From an uncultured Chloroflexia bacterium (GTDB lineage Bacteria; Chloroflexota; Limnocylindria; Limnocylindrales; CSP1-4), in contig CAWCMN010000005.1 of assembly GCA_963796715.1 (NCBI GenBank), forward strand, positions 10,199-74,198: a stretch of 64,000 bases of DNA, read 5' to 3'. This document shows positions 48,761-60,234 of the stretch, piece after piece; position 1 is the stretch's first letter, and each line of letters begins with the position of its first letter. The notes beneath the pieces are model-generated. The model searched no databases. It was not told the DNA's origin and saw only the letters and a program-made list of their open reading frames with translations. Position numbers and translations under genes: made by a program.

Positions 48761-50173
48761 TCAGTCGCGCTCGCGGATCCGCCGATACGCCCGCCCGACC
48801 ACGACCACCGCCGGCAGGCGGTCGAGCAGCTCGCCCATCGCCGCGGCATCAGCGGAACCGTCGCGACGGGCGACCAGGAGGCGTCCCTCCAGCTTGCGTG
48901 CGTACTCCGGCTGGGCATCGGTCTCGGCCAGGTCGAGCCGGTCGCCGCGTCGCGCGCCCGCGGCCAGGATCGCCTCGACCTCGTCCCTGCCGCCATGGCG
49001 AGAGTCGCGACGGACCTCGTTCACAGCCCGCCAGCGCGGCTGTCGAAGCAGGATGCCGCGCCACAGCCCGCCGACCGCCGGCGTGACCCGCCCGTCGCCG
49101 GGGACGGGTCGGTCGGCGAGTTCATGGCCGTCGGCCCAGCGCGATGCCTGGTGCAGCAGGGCGTACTCGTCAAGGGCGACGTAGGCATCCAGCACGCCAA
49201 GGGGGTTGGCCCCGCCGAAGATGGCCCGGATGGCCGGCCAGAACGCTTCCGCCAGGTCCAGGTCGATGGCCCGCACGGTGCGGTGGAAGTAGACCGTCTG
49301 GTACATGAAGAGGCGGGCGGTGAGGAACATCTCCAGCGCTCCAAGGCCCGACTCGTAGAGCGCGAGGCCCCCCGGCGAGACGAACGTGTAGCGCCGCAGG
49401 CGGTCGGCGTCCACCGGGACCGTCCGCACCCCGGTCATGTACGCGTCGCGCCGCACGTAGTCCAGGTTGTCGACGGTGAACACGCCGCTGAAGAGCGGCT
49501 GCATGAGGCGCACCCAGCGCGGCATCGCCGCGTCGGTGAGGGGCGGCTTGCTGATGAGGAAGCTGACCCACGCCGGATCGATCGACTCCCCCTCGTGGAA
49601 CGCCGCTTCAGCGGCCCCATCGGCCGGGGCGCGCCGCAGAGCGCCGATGAGCGGCGCGAGCCCTCGTTCGATGATGGCCTGCCCAAGGTCCTCGTGGCTC
49701 AGGCGCTTGCCCGGGTCGCGGCTGGGGTGGCGCGGGGCGGGGAAGCGCGACAGGACGTGCTGGTCGAAGAAGTGGGCGAACGGGCCGTGGCCCACATCGT
49801 GCAGGAGGCCGGCGACACGAAGGGTCTCGACCACCAGGCCGGCGGAGGGAACGGCCTGGCCATCTGCCGCCAGGACATCCCGCAGCGACGGGTAGAGCGA
49901 GCGGCCCCACAGGCCCGCCTCGTGCATCACCCCAAGGCCGTGCGTGAAGCGGCTGTGTTCCGCGGTGGGGAAGACCCAGCGGGCGCTCTGCAACTGGCTG
50001 ATGCGGCGGAGGCGCTGCACCCACGGCGAATCGAGCAGGTCTTCCTCAGCGACCGTCTCAGGCGGCAGGCCGGCCTGCGCACTCTGAGCCGCGGTGAGCC
50101 GCTTGGTCAGCTCCAGGTAGCCATGGATCGGGTCGCTGATCAGGTTGACCGCGGCGAAGCGGGGGTGGGCCAC
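48761..50173 (-). CDS. HD-domain phosphohydrolase (SAMHD1/dNTPase-like)
   Basis: [52 protein letters not shown]. Confidence 0.9.
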   Translation of the reverse strand: MAHPRFAAVNLISDPIHGYLELTKRLTAAQSAQAGLPPETVAEEDLLDSPWVQRLRRISQLQSARWVFPTAEHSRFTHGLGVMHEAGLWGRSLYPSLRDVLAADGQAVPSAGLVVETLRVAGLLHDVGHGPFAHFFDQHVLSRFPAPRHPSRDPGKRLSHEDLGQAIIERGLAPLIGALRRAPADGAAEAAFHEGESIDPAWVSFLISKPPLTDAAMPRWVRLMQPLFSGVFTVDNLDYVRRDAYMTGVRTVPVDADRLRRYTFVSPGGLALYESGLGALEMFLTARLFMYQTVYFHRTVRAIDLDLAEAFWPAIRAIFGGANPLGVLDAYVALDEYALLHQASRWADGHELADRPVPGDGRVTPAVGGLWRGILLRQPRWRAVNEVRRDSRHGGRDEVEAILAAGARRGDRLDLAETDAQPEYARKLEGRLLVARRDGSADAAAMGELLDRLPAVVVVGRAYRRIRERD

Positions 50174-50220
50174 GCCCGGAGTCTAGCGTCGGCGGGTGTG
50201 CTCGCCGGTATCCTTCGCCC

Positions 50221-50907
50221 ATGGAGCAGGACGACCTGAAGCGCCGGGCGGCGGAGCGTGCCGTCGAGCTGGTGGAGCCCGGCATGGTCGTCGGCCTGGG
50301 CGGCGGGACGACTGCGCTCCTGGCGGTGCGCCGCCTGGCGACCCTGGTCCGTGAAGGCGCCCTGCGCGACATCGTCGGCGCGCCGTGCAGCGAGCGGGTC
50401 GCGGCGGTGGCGCGAGAGCTCGGCCTGCCGCTCGTGACGCTCGAGGCACGACCGTCGATCGACCTGACCATCGACGGCGCGGACGAGGTCGACCCGCAGC
50501 TGCGCCTGATCAAGGGCGGTGGCGGGGCCCTCCTGCGCGAGAAGATCGTGGCCCAGGCCAGCACCCGCGAGGTGATCGTGGTCGACGCGTCGAAACTGTC
50601 CGACCGCCTGGGGACGCACCATCCCCTGCCGCTGGAGGTGACGCCCTTCGGGTGGCGCACGCAGGTGCCGTTCCTGGAGGCGCTCGGGCTGCGGCCCACC
50701 CTCCGTCTCGACGGCAGCGGCCAGCCGGTGAGGACCGATCAGGGCGATTTCCTGCTCGACTGCGCCACGGCGCCGCTCGACGAGCCGGAGACGCTGGCGC
50801 GGACGCTGGAGGGGCGGGCCGGGATCGTCGAGCACGGCCTGTTCATCGGCCTGGCCACCGACCTGATCGTGGCCGGCCCGTCCGGCGTCGAGCATCGCGC
50901 GGCATGA
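50221..50907 (+). CDS. rpiA: Ribose-5-phosphate isomerase A
   Basis: [32 protein letters not shown]. Confidence 0.96.
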   Translation: MEQDDLKRRAAERAVELVEPGMVVGLGGGTTALLAVRRLATLVREGALRDIVGAPCSERVAAVARELGLPLVTLEARPSIDLTIDGADEVDPQLRLIKGGGGALLREKIVAQASTREVIVVDASKLSDRLGTHHPLPLEVTPFGWRTQVPFLEALGLRPTLRLDGSGQPVRTDQGDFLLDCATAPLDEPETLARTLEGRAGIVEHGLFIGLATDLIVAGPSGVEHRAA

Positions 50908-51581
50908 TCCAGGTCGCCCCCTCGATCCTGGCGGCCGACCAGGGCCATCTGGCCGACCAGGTGGAGGCCACCTTCAAGGCCGGCGTGCGCCGCCTCCACG
51001 TCGACGTCATGGACGGCCGGTTCGTGCCCAACATCACGATCGGGCCGACGGTCGTGGCTGCCCTGCGGCCGATCGCGGACCGCTACGGCGCCGTCATCGA
51101 GACGCACCTCATGATCGTGGAGCCGGACCTGTGGCTGGAGCCGTTCCGCGAGGCCGGAGCCGATGTCCTCACGATCCACGTGGAGGCCGCGTCGCACCTG
51201 CACCGCTCCCTGCGCCGCATCCGCGAGCTTGGCGGCGGCCCCGGCGCGGCGATCAACCCGGCGACGCCGCTGACGGCTCTCGATGAGGTCCTTGACGAAC
51301 TCGACCTAGCGCTCGTCATGACGGTGGAACCCGGGTTCGGTGGCCAGGACCTGATCCCCCACACGCTCGACAAGGTGCGGCGGCTGCACGTGCTGCTGGA
51401 GGCGCGGGGCCTGGCCGAACGGGTCGCCCTGGAAGTGGACGGCGGCATCCACGCGGGCACGATCGCGCAGGCTCAGGAGGCCGGCGCCACGCTGGCCGTC
51501 GCCGGCACGGCCGTCTACAACACCGAGGGCTCGATCGAGGCCAACCTGCGGCTCCTGCACGCCGCCTGCGGCGCGCCATAG
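50904..51581 (+). CDS. rpe: Ribulose-phosphate 3-epimerase
   Basis: [36 protein letters not shown]. Confidence 0.96.
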   Translation: MIQVAPSILAADQGHLADQVEATFKAGVRRLHVDVMDGRFVPNITIGPTVVAALRPIADRYGAVIETHLMIVEPDLWLEPFREAGADVLTIHVEAASHLHRSLRRIRELGGGPGAAINPATPLTALDEVLDELDLALVMTVEPGFGGQDLIPHTLDKVRRLHVLLEARGLAERVALEVDGGIHAGTIAQAQEAGATLAVAGTAVYNTEGSIEANLRLLHAACGAP

Positions 51582-51598
51582 GCGCGGGTTGGCCGGGA

Positions 51599-51985
51599 GT
51601 GCCGAGCCTGCTGCTGCTCCTGCCGGTCCTGGGAGCAGAGCTCCTTGGTCTGACACTGGCCTATGTCTGGCGGGTCGGCGGGATCGTTCTTGTGCGGGCG
51701 CGGGCTGGCTACATCCTGCAGCTGGCGGGGGTCGTGGCTATCGGTGGCATCATCGCGATGGCCATAGGCCAGGCGTTGGATCCGGAGGTCGCAGCGATCA
51801 GCGGAGCCATCGTCGCGGCTGTCGATCTGCCCCTCGGCCTCTGGATGCGACGTCGACGCATCGCACACGAGGCCGCGATGCCTCCGATGGACCGGCGACT
51901 CGCGGCGCGATTCCGGATGCTCGTGTTCACCACGCTATTCGGCACGACGCTGCTGTTCACGTTCCTTCCCTTTGTGCTGCGCTGA
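51599..51985 (+). CDS. Hypothetical membrane protein
   Basis: Four hydrophobic segments; codon usage somewhat less GC-biased than neighbours. Confidence 0.6.
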   Translation: MPSLLLLLPVLGAELLGLTLAYVWRVGGIVLVRARAGYILQLAGVVAIGGIIAMAIGQALDPEVAAISGAIVAAVDLPLGLWMRRRRIAHEAAMPPMDRRLAARFRMLVFTTLFGTTLLFTFLPFVLR

Positions 51986-52082
51986 GGCTCAGCCGGAGCC
52001 ACGACGGCACGCGCACGATGCCAACGTCGTCACGTCGGGGCCGGGCTGGCCGGCGCGCAAGGCCGGCCGACGGAGCCGCTTG

Positions 52083-52242
52083 CAGATGTGCATCCGGGGA
52101 ACGTACGCGCGAGGGAGAGGCTCGGGCTCGGCCAGCCTGGCCTCGCGCTCCGGGTCGCTGAGCGTGAGCGGGCGTCGTCAACCCGAGTTGCCGGCGCGAT
52201 CGCGGGACCGGCGCGAGCTAACGTTCCACGGGCGTGCGTCTG
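52083..52242. repeat. REP/MITE-like element C (160 bp)
   Basis: Left CAGATGTGCATCCGGGGAACGTA (52083-52105), right AACGTTCCACGGGCGTGCGTCTG (52220-52242); lies between convergent genes. Confidence 0.68.
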
Positions 52243-52283
52243 AGGCGGTGGTCACCGACCGGCGCCCCTTGCGGGCGGTACCG

Positions 52284-53303
<1,020 letters not shown>

Positions 53304-53423
53304 CGATCCCCTCTGCTGGCGGTCTAAAGGTTTTCCATCGCCGGCCGACCCAGCGAGTCTAGCGCTCGGCTATCCTTCGCCTACTTACACCTGCGCCCCG
53401 CTGCCCGTTGACTGGAGTCCCGC

Positions 53424-54587
53424 ATGAAGGTTGGTGTCGCCAAGGAGACCGTGCCCGGCGAACGGCGCGTGGCCCTGGTGCCTGACGCGTTCGGCAAGCT
53501 GACGGCGGCCGGCGTGGAGATCCTCGTGGAGAGCGGCGCCGGGGCGGGTGCCCAGATCCCGGACAGCTCGTTCAGCGACGTCGGCGCGCGCATCGTCCCG
53601 ACGGCCGAACTCTACGCCACGGCAGACGTCATCCTGCGGGTCCAGAAGCCCAGCGCCGATGAGGTCGCCCGGTTGCGCCAGGGCCAGACCGTCATCGGCC
53701 TCCTCCAGCCGCTCATCGACCCGGCAACGGCCAAGGCCCTGGCCGATCGTGGGGTGACCGCCATCAGCCTCGACGCCCTGCCGCGCACCCTGAGCCGTGC
53801 CCAGGGCATGGACGCACTGTCGTCCCAGGCCAACGTCGGCGGCTACAAGGCGGTCCTCATCGCCGCCAACACCTTCGGCCGGTACTTCCCGCTGCTGACC
53901 ACGGCGGCCGGCACGGCCAAGCCCGCCAATGTGCTGATCCTGGGCATCGGCGTGGCCGGCCTGCAGGCCATCGGCACGGCCAGGCGACTCGGTGCCGTCG
54001 TCAAGGCCTACGACGTCCGCGCCGAGACCAAGGAGCAGGCGGAGTCGCTTGGCGCCCAGTTCCTCGTCCTCAAGTCGCTCGCCGATGCGTCCGGCGAGGG
54101 CGGCTACGCCCGGGCCCTCACGCCCGAGGAGCAGGCCGCACAGCAGGCGGAGCTCAATGGCTTCATCGCCCAGATGGACGTGGTCATCACGACGGCCCAG
54201 GTGCCGGGACGGCGACCGCCCGTGCTCGTCACCGCCGAGGCGGTGCGCGGCATGCGACCGGGCTCGGTCATCGTGGACATGGCCGCCAGCGCCCTCGGCG
54301 GCAACGTCGAGCTGTCGAAGGTCGGCGAGACGGTGGTCACCGACAACGCGGTGACGATCGTGGCCCCGGACAACCTGCCGGCCACGATGCCGGCCGGCGC
54401 GTCCGCCTTCTACGCCCGCAACATCTCGACCCTCCTGCTGCATCTGATCAAGGACGGGGCGCTGACCCTGGATCCAGCCGACGAGATCACGGCCGCGACG
54501 GTCATCACGCAGGGCGGTCGCGTCGTCCAGGCCGCCACTGCCAAGCTGCTCGAGCCGCCCGCGGCTCCCGGAGGCGCATCCGCATGA
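53424..54587 (+). CDS. pntA: NAD(P) transhydrogenase alpha subunit, domain I
   Basis: ERRVAL, QGMDALSSQANVGGYKAV, GIGVAGLQAIG, ITTAQVPG. Confidence 0.95.
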   Translation: MKVGVAKETVPGERRVALVPDAFGKLTAAGVEILVESGAGAGAQIPDSSFSDVGARIVPTAELYATADVILRVQKPSADEVARLRQGQTVIGLLQPLIDPATAKALADRGVTAISLDALPRTLSRAQGMDALSSQANVGGYKAVLIAANTFGRYFPLLTTAAGTAKPANVLILGIGVAGLQAIGTARRLGAVVKAYDVRAETKEQAESLGAQFLVLKSLADASGEGGYARALTPEEQAAQQAELNGFIAQMDVVITTAQVPGRRPPVLVTAEAVRGMRPGSVIVDMAASALGGNVELSKVGETVVTDNAVTIVAPDNLPATMPAGASAFYARNISTLLLHLIKDGALTLDPADEITAATVITQGGRVVQAATAKLLEPPAAPGGASA

Positions 54588-54910
54588 GCCCCGAATTGCT
54601 GTCCGCGCTGACGATCTTCGTGCTGGCCATCCTGGTCGGCTTCGAGGTCATCAGCAAGGTCCCGGCGACGCTTCACACCCCGCTGATGTCGGGCGCCAAC
54701 TCGATCCACGGCATCGTGCTCGTCGGCGCCATGGTCATCGCCGTGGAGGCCACCGACCCGCTGAGCCAGCTGCTCAGCTTCGTGGCCGTGGCCTTCGCGT
54801 CCATGAACGTCGTGGGCGGCTATGTCGTCACCGACCGGATGTTGCAGATGTTCCGCAAGCGTGCCACCGCCCCCGCGCCGGAAGCCCCGGCCGACGGCGG
54901 CAAGGGCTAG
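54584..54910 (+). CDS. pntA: NAD(P) transhydrogenase alpha subunit, membrane part
   Basis: LHTPLMSGANSIHG, NVVGGY.VTDRML.MF. Confidence 0.95.
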   Translation: MSPELLSALTIFVLAILVGFEVISKVPATLHTPLMSGANSIHGIVLVGAMVIAVEATDPLSQLLSFVAVAFASMNVVGGYVVTDRMLQMFRKRATAPAPEAPADGGKG

Positions 54911-54922
54911 GCGGCCGACTCG

Positions 54923-56347
54923 ATGTCCACCCTCGATACCCTCATCCAGCTGATCTACCTCGCCGCCGCGGCCTGCTTCGTCCTGGGCCTCCACCAGATG
55001 AACTCGCCGGCCACGGCCCGCAACGGCAACCGCCTGTCGGCGGTCGGCATGGCCGCGGCCGTCGCCGGGACGGTCGTGCTCATCGCGAGCGGCTCGTACT
55101 CCGAGGTCAACGCAAGCGCGTGGATCATCATCGCCGCGGGCGTGGTCGTCGGCGGTGGCCTGGGCTTCTACACGGCGCGGACCGTCCAGATGACGGCCAT
55201 GCCGCAGCTGGTCAGCATCTTCAACGCGGTCGGCGGCGGAGCCGCAGCCCTCATCGCCATCGACGACTACATCCGGCTCTCGGGTGTGATAGGCGCCACG
55301 ATCCCCCTCGAGGTCTCCATCCCGACCGTTCTCGACGTGATCATCGGCAGCATCACCTTCACCGGGTCGGTCATCGCGGCGGGCAAGCTTCAGGGTCTCA
55401 TCGGCGGTCAGCCGATCATCCTGCCGGGCTCACGGATCCTGACTGCCGCCCTGGCCGTGGTGGCCGTCGTCGGCGCCCTGTTCCTCTTCGCCGGCAACAT
55501 CAGCCTGCCCATCTTCGGGGTGATCCTGCTGGCCGGCCTGCTCTTCGGCGTGACGATGGTGCTGCCCATCGGAGGCGCCGACATGCCGGTCGTCATCTCC
55601 CTGCTGAACTCGTTCACAGGCACGGCCGTGGCCATGGCCGGCTTCGTGCTGAGCGATCCCGTCCTGATCATCGCCGGCGCCCTGGTCGGCGCCTCGGGCG
55701 CGATCCTGACCAAGCTGATGGCTGATGCCATGAACCGGTCGGTCCTGAACATCATGGTCGGCGGGTTCGGCACCGGCGACGCTGCGGCCGGCGCATCGAC
55801 GGGCGGACCCGGCGGCGCGGTGCGGGAGATCGGCGCGGACGACGCGGCGATCCAGCTGGCCTACGCCCAGCACGTGATCATCGTGCCCGGCTACGGCCTG
55901 GCCGTGGCGCAGGCCCAGCACGGCGTGCGCGAGCTGGCCGAGCTGCTCGAGTCGCGCGGCGTCGACGTCAAGTACGCCATCCATCCGGTGGCCGGGCGCA
56001 TGCCGGGTCATATGAACGTGCTGCTCGCGGAGGCCAACGTGCCCTACCCGCAGCTCAAGGAGATGGATGAGATCAACCCTGAGTTCGAGCGGGCCGACGT
56101 GGCCCTCGTCGTCGGGGCCAACGACGTGACGAACCCCGCCGCGCGCAGCAACACCGCCTCGCCCATCTACGGCATGCCGATCCTGGACGTCGACAAGGCC
56201 CACAGCATCATCGTCATCAAGCGATCGATGCGGCCCGGCTATGCCGGCATCGACAACGAGCTCTACCTCAACCCCAAGACGGGCATGCTGTTCGCCGATG
56301 CGAAGGACGGCCTGGCCCAGCTGGTGGCGGCCGTCAAGGCGGTCTGA
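54923..56347 (+). CDS. pntB: NAD(P) transhydrogenase beta subunit
   Basis: MTAMPQLV, IGGADMPVVISLLNS, VPGYG.AVAQAQ, HPVAGRMPGHMNVLLAEA. Confidence 0.97.
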   Translation: MSTLDTLIQLIYLAAAACFVLGLHQMNSPATARNGNRLSAVGMAAAVAGTVVLIASGSYSEVNASAWIIIAAGVVVGGGLGFYTARTVQMTAMPQLVSIFNAVGGGAAALIAIDDYIRLSGVIGATIPLEVSIPTVLDVIIGSITFTGSVIAAGKLQGLIGGQPIILPGSRILTAALAVVAVVGALFLFAGNISLPIFGVILLAGLLFGVTMVLPIGGADMPVVISLLNSFTGTAVAMAGFVLSDPVLIIAGALVGASGAILTKLMADAMNRSVLNIMVGGFGTGDAAAGASTGGPGGAVREIGADDAAIQLAYAQHVIIVPGYGLAVAQAQHGVRELAELLESRGVDVKYAIHPVAGRMPGHMNVLLAEANVPYPQLKEMDEINPEFERADVALVVGANDVTNPAARSNTASPIYGMPILDVDKAHSIIVIKRSMRPGYAGIDNELYLNPKTGMLFADAKDGLAQLVAAVKAV

Positions 56348-56371
56348 CCCGGGGCGACGCGCCGCCCAGGT

Positions 56372-57514
56372 TCACGCGCGGGCGGCCTTGCCCTTGTGCA
56401 GCGCGGGCACCCGCGAGTGGCCGGGGCTCATGGCGCGCTCCATGTTCAGCGGGGCCAGCTCGCCGAGCGACTCGGCCACCACGAGGGCGTCGTCGCCGGG
56501 CTGCACCACGTAGTCGGCCGGCGGGTTGGTGATCGACGTCCGGTCGCGGCTGACCGACAGGAGCGTGGCCCGATGCTCGACGCGGAGCCGGGCGCTCAGG
56601 TCGTTGGCCGAGAGGCCCACGTAGGCTTCGGGCAGGGCCACCCGGTACAGCTCCGATCCTTCGCCGCCGGAGACGATGTCGGTGACGACCTCGGCCAGGC
56701 CGGGATAGAGCGCCGAGCGGGCCAGAAGATGCGAGGCCAGGGTGCTCGTGACCAGGATCTCGTCGGCTCGCGCACGCTGGAAGTGCTCGACGTGGCGGGC
56801 GTTGTTGACTTCGGCCACGATCCGCACGTCGGGTGCCTCGGCCTTGAGGGACATCACGGTCAGGATGTCGCGCATGTCAGCTTCATTGGAGTCGTCGGTC
56901 GGCACGACGACGATCACCGACGCCTCGGCCACGTTGGCCCGTCGCAGGTCGGCCACCTCGGTCGGGTCGCCCTTGACGTAGTAGGTGTGCTCGCCCGCCG
57001 GGTTGCGGTCGGCACTGTGGATGATGACGATGCGCTTGCGGTACTCATCGCCGCGCAACTCCAGGATCAGGTCGCGGGCGGTGGAGTTCCAGCCGCAGAC
57101 GACGATGTGGTCTCGATAGCCTGCGGCGCCCATGCCCTGGCCCTCCTTGAGCAGGAAGTCGATGACGGCGGCGACCAGGGCACCCGTGATCGTGCCGAGC
57201 ATGGCCACGCCGAAGAGGATGAGCAGCCAGCTGATGACCCAGCCGGCGGGGCTCTTGACGAATGTCGAGTCGCCCTGGCCGAAGATCGTGGTGACGCCCC
57301 AGTAGAACGACGAGCCGAACGACTCGAACGTCCAGGACTTCTCCACGAGCGTGATGAGCAGGGCGGCGAGCGCGACCAGGACGAGGATCCCGCCCGCCAG
57401 GGACAGGACGAACCTGCGGTCGAGGCCGCCCCGGATGCGCTTGGCATGCCACGCCACGCGCCGCATCAGCGGCACGTCGAGCAGCGGCGATAGCGATGCG
57501 CGGAATCGGCCCAA
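56372..57514 (-). CDS. Potassium-channel-like protein (2TM/pore + RCK/TrkA-N and -C)
   Basis: SFYWGVTTIFGQGD pore-like segment (non-canonical filter), HIVVCGWN, KGDPT; start may be slightly downstream. Confidence 0.85.
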   Translation of the reverse strand: MGRFRASLSPLLDVPLMRRVAWHAKRIRGGLDRRFVLSLAGGILVLVALAALLITLVEKSWTFESFGSSFYWGVTTIFGQGDSTFVKSPAGWVISWLLILFGVAMLGTITGALVAAVIDFLLKEGQGMGAAGYRDHIVVCGWNSTARDLILELRGDEYRKRIVIIHSADRNPAGEHTYYVKGDPTEVADLRRANVAEASVIVVVPTDDSNEADMRDILTVMSLKAEAPDVRIVAEVNNARHVEHFQRARADEILVTSTLASHLLARSALYPGLAEVVTDIVSGGEGSELYRVALPEAYVGLSANDLSARLRVEHRATLLSVSRDRTSITNPPADYVVQPGDDALVVAESLGELAPLNMERAMSPGHSRVPALHKGKAARA

Positions 57515-57563
57515 CTGGTCTCTCCCTGTCCCGGTGCAGGATACCGGGCGCTATCCTGCCGGT

Positions 57564-57971
57564 ATGTGGGCTCCGCGCGTCGAGCAGCAGGCCGAGCTGC
57601 CGATCTCCCGCGAGCGGTTCTTCGACCTCGTGTCGACGGCCGACGGCCTCGCGCGCTGGCTGGACGAGGCCGCGCTCGCCGGGGGCCGGGCCGAACCCGG
57701 CGCGGCGGTCCGCCTCCGACTGCTTGACTCGGTCGTCGAAGGCAAGGTCGTGGCGGTGGACGCGCCCCAGCACGTGAGCTTCAGCTGGGACTACCCGGAA
57801 GCGCCGCTCTCGGCGCCCACGGTGGTGGCGTTCGACGCCATCGACCACGGCGCGCGCAGCCACGTCACCATCCGCCACGTCGGCTTCCGAAGCCGCCGCC
57901 AGGTCGACCTCCACGACGCGCTCTGGCGCTACTGGTTCAGCCGCCTCCGCGAGGCCGCCCGACAGGCCTGA
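57564..57971 (+). CDS. SRPBCC/AHSA1-like domain protein
   Basis: ERFFDLVSTADGLARW, G.VVAVDAP..VSFSW. Confidence 0.8.
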   Translation: MWAPRVEQQAELPISRERFFDLVSTADGLARWLDEAALAGGRAEPGAAVRLRLLDSVVEGKVVAVDAPQHVSFSWDYPEAPLSAPTVVAFDAIDHGARSHVTIRHVGFRSRRQVDLHDALWRYWFSRLREAARQA

Positions 57972-58300
57972 CGGGCCGCGGGCGCTCGAAGGCCGGCGCC
58001 CTGGGCCGGGCGAGCGGTGAGGGACGAGCGGCGAGCGTCCCGCGGGCCTCGCCAACGGGGCCCGGGCAACGTCCTCTGGCGCGATCCCGTCCCACTGCTC
58101 ACCAGCCTGGTTGGTGCTCAGTGCCTCTGACGCCCGGCGGGGAGTTGCGGGCCGGCGTCCGCACGCTCAGCACGAGCGCTCCCGTGGCCCCACGGGCCGC
58201 CGGATGGCACGTACAACCACACCCGTTGGTGAGCGAGGGAAGCCTCGGATCCGCAGGGCGGCGAGGGAAGCCTGTCGTGAGCGACGGGAAGCCAGGCAGG

Positions 58301-59215
58301 TCAGCTGTCGAGGAGCGCCTCTGCCTCGATCTCCACCTTCCAGCGCGGGTCGAGCAGGCCGGCCACGACCACCATCGTCGCGGCGGGGCGGATGGCCCCG
58401 AAGATCTCGCCGTGCACGCGGCCGACGGCCGCCCCGTCGGTGGCGTCGACGATGAACATCCGTGTCCGCACCACGTGCCGTGGCTCACCCCCCGCCTCGG
58501 TCAGCGCCGTGAGGATGATCTCGAAGCAGCGACGCGCCTGGACGGCGACATCCGGATCGACCGATCCGTCGGGCCAGACCGGCGCCGTGCCGGAGATGAG
58601 GATCCGATCGCCCGATCGCACGGCACGGCTGAATCCGATCGTCGCCTCGAACGGCGACCCGGAACTCACGAGCGCGCGTGGCACACGTTTGATCATCACG
58701 AAGTCTGTCTGGAAGCTGTGCGTGCCGGAGCTGAGGGGCTCGTCGATCCCTGGCTCGTCCGGCCCGGTCTTGGCGAGCGTCCGGATCACCTCGTGGCGCG
58801 CCTTGTCCAGGTCCACGCCGAGCGACCCCAGGACTCCCGCCGCGATGCCGTCGCCCACGCGCACGAGGCCCAGCAGGAGGTGCTCGGTGCCGATGTAGTG
58901 GTGGCCCAGCCGACGCGCCTCGTCGATCGACTGCTCGACCACCCGCTTGGCGGCCGGCGTCAGCCCGACCTCGCCGACGACCGGCCGATCGCCGCGGCCG
59001 ATGATGAACTCGACCGCCGTGCGCACCTTGGCCAGATCGACGCCCATGCTCCGGAGGACCTGTGCGGCGACCCCGTCCGTCTCGCGGACCAGGCCAAGAA
59101 GGAGGTGCTCCGTGCCGATGTAGCTGTGGCTGAAGCGCTGCGCCTCGTCCTGGGCGAGGGTCAGGACGTGCCTGGCGCGGTCGGTGAACCTGTCGAACCG
59201 GTCGCTGGTAGGCAT
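58301..59215 (-). CDS. Clp N-terminal (Clp-R) repeat domain fused to RidA/YjgF-family domain
   Basis: RFTDRARHVLTLAQDEA...IGTEHLLLGL (twice); C-terminal SSGSPFEATIGFSRAV...ISGTAP...RPAATMV...VEIEAEA. Confidence 0.85.
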   Translation of the reverse strand: MPTSDRFDRFTDRARHVLTLAQDEAQRFSHSYIGTEHLLLGLVRETDGVAAQVLRSMGVDLAKVRTAVEFIIGRGDRPVVGEVGLTPAAKRVVEQSIDEARRLGHHYIGTEHLLLGLVRVGDGIAAGVLGSLGVDLDKARHEVIRTLAKTGPDEPGIDEPLSSGTHSFQTDFVMIKRVPRALVSSGSPFEATIGFSRAVRSGDRILISGTAPVWPDGSVDPDVAVQARRCFEIILTALTEAGGEPRHVVRTRMFIVDATDGAAVGRVHGEIFGAIRPAATMVVVAGLLDPRWKVEIEAEALLDS

Positions 59216-60228
59216 CAGGCGTCGCCCTCGTAGACATCGGCTGCCCGGCGCACCGACGCGGCGATGTCGGCGCGCAGGCTGGCCGGCTCAAGGACCTCGA
59301 CATCGGGGCCCCAACCCAGGATCCAGAGGCGGATCTCCCGCACGCCGGCCACCCGGCCGCGCCACACCAGGGACCCGTCGGGCGCGGCGTCCAGCTCCTG
59401 CGAGGGATGCCAACGCGTCTCGGCGACCCGCTTGGCGACCGACGGGGCGAAGCGCAGGACGACGGTCTCGAGCGGTTCGTCGGCCATGATGTCCCACGCC
59501 CGACGGAGCTCGGCCGACGGGTCGAAGGCGGGATCCGGGGCGAACGTGTCGGGCGTCAGCGAGGCGCTCAGGATGCGCTCCACCTTGAAGGTGCGGACCG
59601 CGCCGCGGCCCTCGTCGAAGCCGATCAGGTACAGGGCGTGGGTCAGGGCCGACGGCTCGAGCGCGTACGGGCGCACCCTGGCGCGGCGCTTGCCTCGCTC
59701 CGGATCGTAGGCCGCCGCGTCGTAGTCGATGACCACCACCCGGCGACCCGCCCAGGCCTGGGTCAGGGCCCGGAAGACGCTCGTGAACCGCTCGTTGGCG
59801 GGTGTGCTGGCGAAGGCGTCGGCGGTCGCCCGGATGTGCTGGGCCAGGACGTCGGGCAGGACGTGCGCCAGCTTGACGAAGGCGCCGATCAGCTCGGGAT
59901 CCTGCTCATCGCTGGCCTTGGCGAGGACCCGCGCCGCGAGGAACAGGGTCGTGGCCTCATCCAGGGTGAGGTTGAGCGGGGGCAGGAACGCGCCGCTCTC
60001 GAGTCCCCAGCGGCCGCCGTCCTGCCAGATGGGCAGGGCCCCGTCCAGGCTCATGGCCTCCAGATCGCGGTAGGCCGTGCGCTTGGAGATGCCGACCTGC
60101 TCGGCGATATCGGCCGCGCTGATGCCGTCGGGATGACCGTGCAGGATCATCGCCACGCGCAGGTAGCGCGCCGCGCGGTCCCACTTGCCGCCGTGTGCGT
60201 CCCAGGTCGCGCCGCGTCTGTCCACCAC
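59215..60228 (-). CDS. WYL-domain HTH transcriptional regulator (YafY/PafB-like)
   Basis: HTH SAADIAEQVGISKRTAYRDL; WYL region RRVRPYAL...YLIGFD...RTFKVERI; WCX-like WILGWGPDVEVLEP. Confidence 0.92.
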   Translation of the reverse strand: MVDRRGATWDAHGGKWDRAARYLRVAMILHGHPDGISAADIAEQVGISKRTAYRDLEAMSLDGALPIWQDGGRWGLESGAFLPPLNLTLDEATTLFLAARVLAKASDEQDPELIGAFVKLAHVLPDVLAQHIRATADAFASTPANERFTSVFRALTQAWAGRRVVVIDYDAAAYDPERGKRRARVRPYALEPSALTHALYLIGFDEGRGAVRTFKVERILSASLTPDTFAPDPAFDPSAELRRAWDIMADEPLETVVLRFAPSVAKRVAETRWHPSQELDAAPDGSLVWRGRVAGVREIRLWILGWGPDVEVLEPASLRADIAASVRRAADVYEGDA

Positions 60229-60234
60229 GAAAGC

